A stretch of 64,000 nt of DNA from contig CAZCQG010000003.1 of assembly GCA_964500775.1 (NCBI GenBank), positions 13,324-77,323 of the forward strand. The letters are read 5' to 3'. Shown one piece after another: positions 55,085 to 63,622 of the stretch. The DNA comes from an uncultured Campylobacterales bacterium. GTDB lineage: Bacteria > Campylobacterota > Campylobacteria > Campylobacterales > CAZCQG01. The notes below the pieces were generated by a model. It did not search any database. It had not been told where the DNA came from and was given only the letters and a program-made list of their open reading frames with translations. Position 1 is the first letter of the stretch; every line of letters begins with the position of its first letter. The position numbers were made by a program, and so were the translations under genes.

Positions 55085-55112
55085 AGTTATGAAAACCGTA
55101 ATTTTCAATAAA
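55085..55112. other. candidate difH-like Xer recombination site
   Basis: AGTTATGAAAA-CCGTAA-TTTTCAATAAA has 11-bp arms, a 6-bp spacer and an inner inverted repeat TGAAAA/TTTTCA. The left arm matches the H. pylori difH left arm as I recall it. The site is 3 kb from xerH. Confidence 0.45.
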
Positions 55113-55131
55113 ATATCTTAGTGTGATGGGG

Positions 55132-55166
55132 TAGATACTGCATAGGAAAACCCTATGCAGTATCTA
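55132..55166. terminator. 15-bp perfect-stem hairpin immediately after the lipoprotein cytochrome c gene
   Basis: TAGATACTGCATAGG-AAAAC-CCTATGCAGTATCTA ends 1 nt before the stop codon at 55168-55170. Confidence 0.7.
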
Positions 55167-55167
55167 T

Positions 55168-55638
55168 TTAAAACGAAGCAATATATGTACTAAGTGCCTC
55201 TATGCTTTTCTCATCTAAGTTTTTGACTTGCGGAATCATAAGTGCTTTTCTTTCGTTTCCAAAGGTACCGTCTTTGTACCCTGATATTTTTTTACTCAAA
55301 TCGCTAGCACTTTGTCCTGCGAGTTTCGGGAAATTACCCAAGCCTTCTCCTTTTGCGCCGTGGCAAGTTGCACAAGTTTTATATTTGATAGTCGGATCAA
55401 AGGTTGATGCCGCTGATTCTACTTGTTGGATTGTATCCTTACTTATTTGGGCGATTTCCTTTTGTGCAGGAGGTGCAGGAGGTGCAGGAGGTGCAGGTTG
55501 TACCGGTACCTCTTGTTTTTGTACCTGCGTATTTTCTACTTTAGGTGTGTTTGTCTGTGTTTGCGTTTGTTTCTCTTCCCCGCAACCTACCAAAAGTGCA
55601 GTGCATACTGCTAATGATGTAAACCCTATTTTATACAT
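55168..55638 (-). CDS. lipoprotein monohaem cytochrome c with Pro/Ala-rich linker
   Basis: 156 aa with lipobox LLVGC, linker QTQTQT...PAPPAPPAPPA, haem motif CATCHG and a distal Met in KALMIPQV. Confidence 0.85.
   Translation of the reverse strand: MYKIGFTSLAVCTALLVGCGEEKQTQTQTNTPKVENTQVQKQEVPVQPAPPAPPAPPAQKEIAQISKDTIQQVESAASTFDPTIKYKTCATCHGAKGEGLGNFPKLAGQSASDLSKKISGYKDGTFGNERKALMIPQVKNLDEKSIEALSTYIASF
55464..55499. repeat. 9-bp tandem repeat (GTGCAGGAG x3 plus one partial copy) inside the cytochrome c linker
   Basis: It can be read directly at 55464-55499 and encodes the PAPPAPPAPPA stretch on the minus strand. Confidence 0.9.
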
Positions 55639-56569
55639 AACTCCCCTCTCCTTTTAATGATTTGATTCTATTTTCGACACTTGGATGTGTGCTAAATAAT
55701 TCACTCGGGTCAAAGATATACAGTGCTCTTCGGCTTTTGTTTTGTGATTCGCTACTATTCGGCGATGCGTGCCGTGCGCTTATTTTCTGCAATGCGGCAA
55801 TCATTGAGCGGTTTTCGCCCATTATCTCCGCAGCCCCCGTGTCTGCCATATACTCCCTGCTCCGAGAAAGAAACATTTGCAGTACGAATGTAATCAAAGG
55901 CAAAACAAACTGCAGAATTAATAATATCATCCTCGCCTTATTTGCACCTTCGCTTCTTCTATTGCCCATAAAGGCATACACTAAAAAGTTGACCGCTAAC
56001 AAAAGGACGTTTGAAAGTATCCCGACGGTCATGGTAAGTTTTATGTCGCCGTGCTTTATGTGGCTAAGTTCGTGTGCTATTACCGCGGCAAGCTCATCTC
56101 GACTAAGTTTATCTATGATCGCCGTCGTGAGGGCGACGATCGAATTCTCCCCATTCCATCCGCTTGCAAAGGCATTCAGGTAATCTGCTTCGATGATGTA
56201 GAGTGTCGGGCGAAACGGAAGCCCTGCTCTTTTTCGGAGCGTATCCACGAGTTCGTAGAGAGCCGATTCTTCGCTGTTGAGGACGAAATCGGGATTTATC
56301 TCCTTGTATCGCTCATCGCCGAGAAGTATCTTCTTGAAGTTTGTGATGCTGTAATATATCATCGACAAAGCGATGAATCCCATTATTAGTGTAACAATGG
56401 GAATCTGTTGCAATGTCAAGAATGTGTAAAACCCCTCTCCGAGAGTCGGGGCATTTATAACTATGATGTCAAATAGTAAGCCAATACATACAAAAATCAA
56501 CATATAGAGTGCGATGGCGAGATAGGTTTTGTATGTGTTAAACATCAATATCGCAGTGTTCACTCTCAT
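55631..56569 (-). CDS. htpX: HtpX-like M48 zinc metalloprotease (membrane)
   Basis: 312 aa with TM helices flanking HELSHIKHGD. It overlaps the cytochrome c gene start by 8 nt. The exact start is uncertain, with an alternative ATG at 56545. Confidence 0.8.
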   Translation of the reverse strand: MRVNTAILMFNTYKTYLAIALYMLIFVCIGLLFDIIVINAPTLGEGFYTFLTLQQIPIVTLIMGFIALSMIYYSITNFKKILLGDERYKEINPDFVLNSEESALYELVDTLRKRAGLPFRPTLYIIEADYLNAFASGWNGENSIVALTTAIIDKLSRDELAAVIAHELSHIKHGDIKLTMTVGILSNVLLLAVNFLVYAFMGNRRSEGANKARMILLILQFVLPLITFVLQMFLSRSREYMADTGAAEIMGENRSMIAALQKISARHASPNSSESQNKSRRALYIFDPSELFSTHPSVENRIKSLKGEGSYV

Positions 56570-57680
56570 TGTCGCTCCTTTGAATCTCTTGATTTTTTAT
56601 ACATTCGATAAGCGTGGTTGCGTACGTCCCTTTAGGAAGGGAGAAGTTGAGCTCATAATGGGCTTTTTCTTCGATGTAACGCCCATCGATATTGTCGCAA
56701 AATACTACCCCGTATCTCCTCGCACCCGCAACTTGAATTTTATCATCAAAAAAAGGTTGTTCAAATACTAAAGCATCATCTATCGGCTGCGTCCCGCCTT
56801 TCCCGATGAGCGGTCCTGTGGGTGCGATCGATTTTTGGGCAAAACGTCCACTTTCGGCTTGCAGCTCTTCTGCAAGAAAAAGTTTGCCGTAGGGATAGTG
56901 CATCATCACATCGCCCGAAAGTAGTTTAAAACGGGTCTCTTGTGTTTTGAGTAGCGCTATTTTCTTTTTGTCGCATCCGAGTAGTTTTGCGAGTTCATCG
57001 TTTGAAAATTCCTCGATAGTTTTCGAAAGTGCTACGCGCGTTGCAAGCCATTTGTTGAATACCTCGCTTTGATAGGCGCTTATGAAAAATTTATCCATAC
57101 GCTTATGCTTTTTCCCTTTTTTGTCTCTAGCGAGCTGCTTGCCTAGTTGGTGATTCTGACCGTCTCTGCCGAAGCGTTGAAAGCCGAAATAGTTTGGAAA
57201 ACCATTTTTTTCGATAGACTTTATTTCATTTTCCATCTTCAAAAGATTGATTTTATCGACTTTTTTTAATCTAATAAAAAATTTATTCCCTTTAAGGTGC
57301 CCGATCTTGATTTTATTATTATGGTAGGTCTCTTGGAGAATCTTGATATTTTCATTTTCGATTTTATGGATGTCGTGTGCTAGCTTTTTATTGAGTGATA
57401 TGTATTGCGTCGTGAGGGCATTTTTATCTTTTAGTCCTGCATATCCTAGCTCCATTGACCTGATACCGAGGGTGGCACTTATGTGATTGATGAGCTCGTG
57501 GGTACTCGTCTCTTTTTTTCTGATTTTGAGAATGAGGTGTTCCCCCTCCCCGCTAAAGTCATAAAGCGGAATCTCCTCTACCGTGAAATCCCTAGAGCTT
57601 TGTTTGAAGTAAAAATCTAGAGGCGTGTGATTTGCAAGATAAAGACGTGTGTCGTTATCTAAAAATGGTGGCTTTTGCAT
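56538..57680 (-). CDS. truD: tRNA pseudouridine(13) synthase TruD
   Basis: 380 aa with the TruD-type blocks FTVEEIP and GYAGLKDKNALTTQ (catalytic Asp context). Confidence 0.85.
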   Translation of the reverse strand: MQKPPFLDNDTRLYLANHTPLDFYFKQSSRDFTVEEIPLYDFSGEGEHLILKIRKKETSTHELINHISATLGIRSMELGYAGLKDKNALTTQYISLNKKLAHDIHKIENENIKILQETYHNNKIKIGHLKGNKFFIRLKKVDKINLLKMENEIKSIEKNGFPNYFGFQRFGRDGQNHQLGKQLARDKKGKKHKRMDKFFISAYQSEVFNKWLATRVALSKTIEEFSNDELAKLLGCDKKKIALLKTQETRFKLLSGDVMMHYPYGKLFLAEELQAESGRFAQKSIAPTGPLIGKGGTQPIDDALVFEQPFFDDKIQVAGARRYGVVFCDNIDGRYIEEKAHYELNFSLPKGTYATTLIECIKNQEIQRSDNESEHCDIDV

Positions 57681-58489
57681 CTGCTTTTGTATCTCCCTCG
57701 TACCGCTTTCGCGAAAATATTAATATCTATTTTGTATCTCTTGGATAGCGATACTATCTTTCTTTTGTCCTTTTTACTAAAGCTAAACAATAGTTCATAT
57801 TCTTCTCCGCTACATTGAGAATCTTGGGGGATAGATTTTAAAAACTTCACCCCCACCCTGCTCTCTGTAGACATCCTAGCCAAGTCTGTCGAGAGTCCAT
57901 CGGATATATCCATCGCCGCGTGGATATATCTCGCACTATGTTTTATAAAATCGGGCATAAGCCTAGGGGTAAACATCTTGGAATCTTTATTGACTACGCG
58001 ATTCCTAAAAAGCGCCCGTAAATCCTTTTTAACTCCGCCGATCGTCCCCGTGTACGCCAATAGATCCCCTGCCCTTACCCCGTTTCTATAGAGTAATTTT
58101 TTATTGGGTTTGGAGATAACGGTGATGGTGAAAGTTAGCAATGAAGATGCGATAGTATCGCCACCTATAAGTTTCAAATGGTATTTGTCCAACACACTTT
58201 TAAAACCCTTAGCGATGCTATCAAGGTCATTTTTTGTGAAATGTTTCGGGATGGAGATAGTGAGTAAAATATATTTTGGCGTAGCATTCATAGCAAACGC
58301 ATCCGAGAGATTTACAAGCAGCGCTTTTTTTGCAATATCCTCTAGGCGCATCCAAGAGAGCTTGAAATGAGTGTTCTCGTAAAAAGCGTCTTGTGTGTAG
58401 ACGTACCCCTCCACCAAAACTCCGTCATCACCCACATATTGTTTCGACCCATCGGTGATTTGACTGATAAAATAGGATTCTTTATCCAA
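57659..58489 (-). CDS. thiL: thiamine-monophosphate kinase
   Basis: 276 aa of the AIR-synthase-like fold, with VGDDGVLVEG and DISDGL blocks. Confidence 0.8.
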   Translation of the reverse strand: MDKESYFISQITDGSKQYVGDDGVLVEGYVYTQDAFYENTHFKLSWMRLEDIAKKALLVNLSDAFAMNATPKYILLTISIPKHFTKNDLDSIAKGFKSVLDKYHLKLIGGDTIASSLLTFTITVISKPNKKLLYRNGVRAGDLLAYTGTIGGVKKDLRALFRNRVVNKDSKMFTPRLMPDFIKHSARYIHAAMDISDGLSTDLARMSTESRVGVKFLKSIPQDSQCSGEEYELLFSFSKKDKRKIVSLSKRYKIDINIFAKAVRGRYKSRCKSHHF

Positions 58490-58491
58490 GA

Positions 58492-59310
58492 CTACTCTAT
58501 TTTCATACTAAAATCTAGCCAAACTGCTTGATGTATGAGGCTGCCGGAGCTTATGGCATCTACACCCGCTTTTGCATATTCTGCGATATTCTCTTTTGTG
58601 ATATTGCCACTCGCTTCTACGAGAGTTTGTTTATATTCTTTGTCTCGATATGCTACGACTTTTTCTATCTCTTCTATTTTCATATTATCGCACATAACGA
58701 TATTTGCGCCGCACTCCATTGCCTCTTTTGCCATATCGAGATTCTCACATTCGATCTCTATTTGCGACGTAAAGGGTATCTTTTGTTTTGCGAGAGTGAT
58801 GAATTCTTTTAGCGGTAAATGGAGCGTCTTTAAGTGTGTGTCTTTGATCATAAGTGCATCGTCAAGCCCCATCCTGTGATTCGTAGCGCCTCCGATTCTC
58901 GCGGCATATTTTTCAAAGATTCGAAGATTTGGGCGTGTTTTTCGCGTATCGAGTAATTTTGTCTTATACCCTTTGAGCGCATCGACATAACCCCTGACAT
59001 TCGTAGCTATTCCGCTAGCGTGCTGTATAGTATTGAGTAACGTGCGTTCGGTTGAGAGTATCGTGTGCGTTTTTCCTTTGAGGGTAAAGAGAATCTCGTT
59101 TTTTTTGATCGTATCCCCGTCTTTGTGCAGAAAATCGGGAGTGAGATTCATAAGCTCACAAAGTGCTACCACATACGGCTCTCCCGCAAAAACACCGTCG
59201 GTTTTTGTGATAACTTTTGCGGTGCAATCATTGTTTTCACCGACTAAAGTAAAAAGGTCGCCTCTCCCTATGTCTTCGATGAGGGCTTTTTTCATAAACT
59301 CTTTTATCAT
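58492..59310 (-). CDS. nadC: nicotinate-nucleotide diphosphorylase (carboxylating)
   Basis: 272 aa with QPRTase blocks LLDTRKTRPNLR and MLDN-like CDNM. Confidence 0.9.
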   Translation of the reverse strand: MIKEFMKKALIEDIGRGDLFTLVGENNDCTAKVITKTDGVFAGEPYVVALCELMNLTPDFLHKDGDTIKKNEILFTLKGKTHTILSTERTLLNTIQHASGIATNVRGYVDALKGYKTKLLDTRKTRPNLRIFEKYAARIGGATNHRMGLDDALMIKDTHLKTLHLPLKEFITLAKQKIPFTSQIEIECENLDMAKEAMECGANIVMCDNMKIEEIEKVVAYRDKEYKQTLVEASGNITKENIAEYAKAGVDAISSGSLIHQAVWLDFSMKIE

Positions 59311-60299
59311 CGTACTTCCAACATCCTATCGAGTGCTATTTTTGCCCATTTTGCTATCGTAGCGTCGACGAATACTTCATTCATAGGTGAGCCGTTTTTG
59401 ATAGAGCGTAGGGTATTTGCGACATCTTCCAAGCTCGTCTCGTTCATCGTCGGGCAAGAGGGCTTGGTGGATGAGAGGACGTAGGTGTTTTTTTCTCGAA
59501 GTCTATTGACGAGATTGAACTCCGTGCCGACCGCGATGATTTGCTCTTCGGGAAGTGATTTGACGTATTGGATTATTTGGCTTGTAGAGCCGACGAAATC
59601 AGCTTTTTCTACGACTTCAGGTTTGCATTCGGGATGGACGATGATTTGTATATCGTCGTATTTTTCGCGGTAGAAAGCTATATCTTCGACATCGAATAAT
59701 TGGTGTACCGAACAGAATCCATCAAAGCACAGTATCTTGGAATTTCTGAGTTTTTCATCGTTATCGATTCCTATCACCGATGAGGAGAGTTTCTTTTGGT
59801 TGGCGATATTTTGCCCCAAGCATCTATCAGGTACAAAAAGTATCCTCTTTCCCTCGACAAGCGCGCGGTCGATTATCTTTTCGGCATTTGAACTCGTACA
59901 TACGCTTCCCCTCATCATCCCGACTTTTGATTTTATTTCCGCCGAGGAGTTGATGTAGGTTATAGGCAGAATCTCATCTTTTTTGATCCCGATAGATTCG
60001 AGCTTTTGTATGGTTTTGTCATAAGAATCCCCATCAATCATTTTCGCCATAGAGCAACAAGCGATTTTAGGCATCAATACCCTTTTTTCAGGAGCGATGA
60101 TCTTGACACTTTCTCCCATAAAACCTACGCCGCAAAAGACAATGTACTCGCTTTTGCACTCTTTTGCTTTGCGTGCGAGCTCTAAACTATCACCCGTTAT
60201 ATCTCCGCAAGCGTACACTTCGTCATTTTGATAAAAATGGGCGACGATAGTGACATCTAACTCTTGTTTTAATGCCTCGACCTCTTCTAGAATCGTCAT
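59307..60299 (-). CDS. nadA: quinolinate synthase
   Basis: 330 aa with the three conserved Cys regions (ACCSMA-like KIACCSMAKM, FCSVHQ, PSCPTMN). Confidence 0.9.
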   Translation of the reverse strand: MTILEEVEALKQELDVTIVAHFYQNDEVYACGDITGDSLELARKAKECKSEYIVFCGVGFMGESVKIIAPEKRVLMPKIACCSMAKMIDGDSYDKTIQKLESIGIKKDEILPITYINSSAEIKSKVGMMRGSVCTSSNAEKIIDRALVEGKRILFVPDRCLGQNIANQKKLSSSVIGIDNDEKLRNSKILCFDGFCSVHQLFDVEDIAFYREKYDDIQIIVHPECKPEVVEKADFVGSTSQIIQYVKSLPEEQIIAVGTEFNLVNRLREKNTYVLSSTKPSCPTMNETSLEDVANTLRSIKNGSPMNEVFVDATIAKWAKIALDRMLEVR

Positions 60300-61102
60300 T
60301 CCGCCCCCTTTCTTTTACCGATACTTTCGCCAAATCTCACTTTACAAGGCGGAGTAAGAATCCCGCTAAATTCCTCGCATATCATTACGATACTCGAACC
60401 CATTTTGAAATACCCTATTTCATCCCCTTTTTTGAGTTTGAGGTGTGCATATTCATATACCTCCACATCCTCTTTACAGCTATTCGTATTTATATTTTCT
60501 TCGTATTTAATAGCGATTTTACCGACATTTAAAGCGCCGACAAAAATTAAAAATATTTTCTTTCCATTATTTGTTTCGCCCTCCAAAACTACTCTCTCGT
60601 TTTTAGAAAACAGTTTTGGCCATTTTTGAAGCGAAGGGGCATTTACGGGATAGAGTGAGCCGGGGATATAGAGCGTCCTTTTTACGATGATGTCGCAGGG
60701 TGCATGGAATCGATGATAATCGGTCGGCGAGAGATAAAAATTGAGAAACGTAAATCCTTCAAGCGTACCGTGCGTTTCAAAGCCCAAAAGTTCATCTACG
60801 CCGTAGTCATTGCCTTTGACTTGATAAAGTGCACCCTCTTGTATTTTTGCTATCTCTAATAGCTTAGAATCTGCGGGCGAGATGAATATGTCATCGTCGT
60901 CCGAATATTCGCGAGGCACGACTAGTTCGCGAGTAAAAAGGGCATTGAGGGTTTTGTACTCTTCGATATTTTTGTGTTCGGTAAGGTTTATGCTAAAGAG
61001 CTTCACGAAAGCTTTATTGAGTGCTTTTTGACAAAAATTCGGAAATCGTGTCTCTGCAATAGCGCCGAAGAGTTTTGAAACTCCGCGAGTTAGTGTTTTC
61101 AA
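60296..61102 (-). CDS. psd: phosphatidylserine decarboxylase proenzyme
   Basis: 268 aa with the self-cleavage motif FKMGSSIV near the C-terminus and the FLSPTDYHRFH block. Confidence 0.9.
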   Translation of the reverse strand: MKTLTRGVSKLFGAIAETRFPNFCQKALNKAFVKLFSINLTEHKNIEEYKTLNALFTRELVVPREYSDDDDIFISPADSKLLEIAKIQEGALYQVKGNDYGVDELLGFETHGTLEGFTFLNFYLSPTDYHRFHAPCDIIVKRTLYIPGSLYPVNAPSLQKWPKLFSKNERVVLEGETNNGKKIFLIFVGALNVGKIAIKYEENINTNSCKEDVEVYEYAHLKLKKGDEIGYFKMGSSIVMICEEFSGILTPPCKVRFGESIGKRKGAE

Positions 61103-61845
61103 TAGTCTCCTTTGCGGTAGGTGTGATTTATGTAGATCGGTTGTTCGTGTAATCCCGGGCGACCGAGAAGTATCTCAAAAGGTTTAAAATCGCTTTTATA
61201 CCCCATCGCATAATGTCCCTCTATCCAGTATCCCGGATAAAAATGACGCATCCCTAAACGCTTGCCGATCTCAAGCTGCTTGAGGATGGAAAACTTTCCT
61301 AGTGAGCGATCCTGCATTTCAGGGTCATAAAAGCAGTATACCGCCGAAATAGAAGAGGGAAGCATATCCACAAGAGCAATCGCTACCACCCTATCTCCCA
61401 AAGAGTAGATAAGTTCATATCCAAATTCACAGAAGCCCTCTACAAACATATCATAGTATAGCTCACCGCTAATGCCTGAAAACTCCCAACCCTTCTTTTC
61501 CTTCATAAAGAGGTGATATTTCTCATAGAGTCTTAGGTGCGTGTCGGTAACACTCGGTCTTTGGATTGTCACCTTTACATCGCCGTTTTTTTTCATAATT
61601 CTCTGATTGGATCTTGTAAAAGCGTATGTTTGTATATGTTGTCTAATGGTGATACATTCCATACACCCCGCACAAATGGGTACAAAAAAATATTCGCCGA
61701 ATCTTCTGTATCCTCGCTCAAGCAACGCTTGATAGAGGTCATTGGAGCAGTTCTCGATTTTGAGATAGCGAAATAACGATTTTTTGTCACCGAGATAACT
61801 ACATTTTTTCTCGTCGGGAATAAACTCGAATATCTTTTCTTTCAT
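61099..61845 (-). CDS. bpt: arginyl/leucyl-tRNA--protein transferase (Ate/Bpt family)
   Basis: 248 aa with an N-terminal Cys cluster (C..CxxC) and a C-terminal GYRRFG...SAVYCFYDP...LGKFSIL block typical of ATE_N/ATE_C. Confidence 0.8.
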   Translation of the reverse strand: MKEKIFEFIPDEKKCSYLGDKKSLFRYLKIENCSNDLYQALLERGYRRFGEYFFVPICAGCMECITIRQHIQTYAFTRSNQRIMKKNGDVKVTIQRPSVTDTHLRLYEKYHLFMKEKKGWEFSGISGELYYDMFVEGFCEFGYELIYSLGDRVVAIALVDMLPSSISAVYCFYDPEMQDRSLGKFSILKQLEIGKRLGMRHFYPGYWIEGHYAMGYKSDFKPFEILLGRPGLHEQPIYINHTYRKGDY

Positions 61846-61885
61846 ACAGAGGATTTTAACAAAAAATATTGATAAATACTCGTCC

Positions 61886-63052
61886 TTACCCCCGAATAAA
61901 TTGCTTTTTTGCTTCGGTTACTTTTTGTATGTAGCGTCTCGTTTCGGCATAAGGGAGAGCGGTTTTGAGTTTCCAGTATACGCTATTACTATCTAGTCGG
62001 TTTATCGTGTCGAGCGCCTTGTTTTTGTCTTTGTTGAAAGTACGCAGCACATTGCTCGCACCCGTATTGTACGCAGAGATCACGCAATACTCTTGCGATT
62101 GTTTGTTTTTGATACCCGCGAGATATTTATCAAACAGGATATTGAGGTATGTCGTGCCGTATTTGATGTTATTTTTTGGATCAAACAATACCTCTTTGCT
62201 CGGCATTCCGTCTTTTCCTTCTAGTGCTCTGTGTGCGTCTCTCCCTGCGCTACTAGGCACTATCTGCATTAATCCGTATGCGGGTATATGGCTTACCGCA
62301 TACGGATTAAAATTGCTCTCGGTTTTGATGATGGCATACACCAACGATTCTTCAAGACCGTATTTTTTTGCGTAGAGCTTTACGATGCCTGCATATTTAT
62401 TGGAGCTTTTGAGCTCAAAATCTTTCACGAGATTAAAGGTGACGTAGTCTATTTGCTTTCCGTCTGAATATCTTGTTTTTTTATTGTTATTTACAAGATA
62501 TTCTGCATATCTATTTGCTCTCCAAGAGTACAAAACCACCGTATCTTGATTGTCTTTGATGAGTCCCGCGAGATAAGGCTCACCTTTTAACTCTATCTCT
62601 TTGGAGGAGTAAAGGTCTACTTTTGACGGGTCTTCAGGGGTGAGCATGGTAACTACGAGCGCTTTTTTGAGCGCGGCATCGTTATTTTGTATGTCTGTCG
62701 TCTCTACGGTGACCAAGCCGCTTTCGAAGTCGACTATCGCCCTACTCTTGTAGTTGTCGGTATATTTTACGTATTTTTTCGTAGTAGGTTCTTGGGTCTC
62801 TTTTTTCCCCCAAACCTTCGTCACATCTCCTAAAAAGATACTAAGAATCTTTAGAAAATCACCCTCTATCGAAGCTATATCGTTTTTTATCGCGGCAGGA
62901 TTCTTTGCATACCCTACCCCTTTGTTGATTGCTACGTTTTTTATCGTATCGATATTTTTTGTCTTTGCGGCGTTTATTAAAGAGTTGTAGTCGCTAACAC
63001 TACATCCATAAAACAAAAATACGCCCAATAATACACTTACTACTCTATTCAA
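61886..63052 (-). CDS. MltC-like membrane-bound lytic murein transglycosylase
   Basis: 388 aa with lipobox LFYGC and the SLT catalytic block IIKTESNFNPYAVSHIPAYGLMQIV. Confidence 0.8.
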   Translation of the reverse strand: MNRVVSVLLGVFLFYGCSVSDYNSLINAAKTKNIDTIKNVAINKGVGYAKNPAAIKNDIASIEGDFLKILSIFLGDVTKVWGKKETQEPTTKKYVKYTDNYKSRAIVDFESGLVTVETTDIQNNDAALKKALVVTMLTPEDPSKVDLYSSKEIELKGEPYLAGLIKDNQDTVVLYSWRANRYAEYLVNNNKKTRYSDGKQIDYVTFNLVKDFELKSSNKYAGIVKLYAKKYGLEESLVYAIIKTESNFNPYAVSHIPAYGLMQIVPSSAGRDAHRALEGKDGMPSKEVLFDPKNNIKYGTTYLNILFDKYLAGIKNKQSQEYCVISAYNTGASNVLRTFNKDKNKALDTINRLDSNSVYWKLKTALPYAETRRYIQKVTEAKKQFIRG

Positions 63053-63054
63053 AA

Positions 63055-63603
63055 CTATGCTAAAAGCCCTTTTTTTACATTTTCGTATATCGTATTATCT
63101 AATAGCCTTTTAACTATTTCCAAAGCAAATTCTATCGCCGTGCCCGGACCTCTAGAGGTGATAATATTTTCACTTGAAACGACGTTTTTATCGTCTCTAA
63201 AGCCGGATGAGGCAATACTTTTTTCTATATTGGGATAGCAAGTAAAATCACCCTTGAGCACTCTAGCTTTATCGAGCGCCATCGGAGCGGCACAAATAGC
63301 ACCTATGAGTTTTTGGTTTTTATCGAGCTCTTTGATGAGATTCTGAACATTGTCGTTGTGGGCGAGGATATTTGTCCCGCCATAGCCTCCGGGGAGGATT
63401 ATCATATCGATATTTTGGTGTTTTATCTCCGTGATGTTTGCTTCGGTCAAAACAAAAATACCGTGTCCGCCTTCGACAATTTCCTCTTCCCCTACCGCTA
63501 CGACAAGCACTTTTATCTCCGCTCTGCGAAGTACATCGATAACGGTTATCGCCTCTATCTCTTCAAAACCGTGCGCCAATGGAACTACGACCGTCTTTTG
63601 CAT
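63055..63603 (-). CDS. DJ-1/PfpI (ThiJ/YajL-like) family protein
   Basis: 182 aa with nucleophile-elbow Cys in GAICAAP and the LPGG block. Confidence 0.85.
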   Translation of the reverse strand: MQKTVVVPLAHGFEEIEAITVIDVLRRAEIKVLVVAVGEEEIVEGGHGIFVLTEANITEIKHQNIDMIILPGGYGGTNILAHNDNVQNLIKELDKNQKLIGAICAAPMALDKARVLKGDFTCYPNIEKSIASSGFRDDKNVVSSENIITSRGPGTAIEFALEIVKRLLDNTIYENVKKGLLA

Positions 63604-63622
63604 AGGTGCTCCTTTGTTTGGG

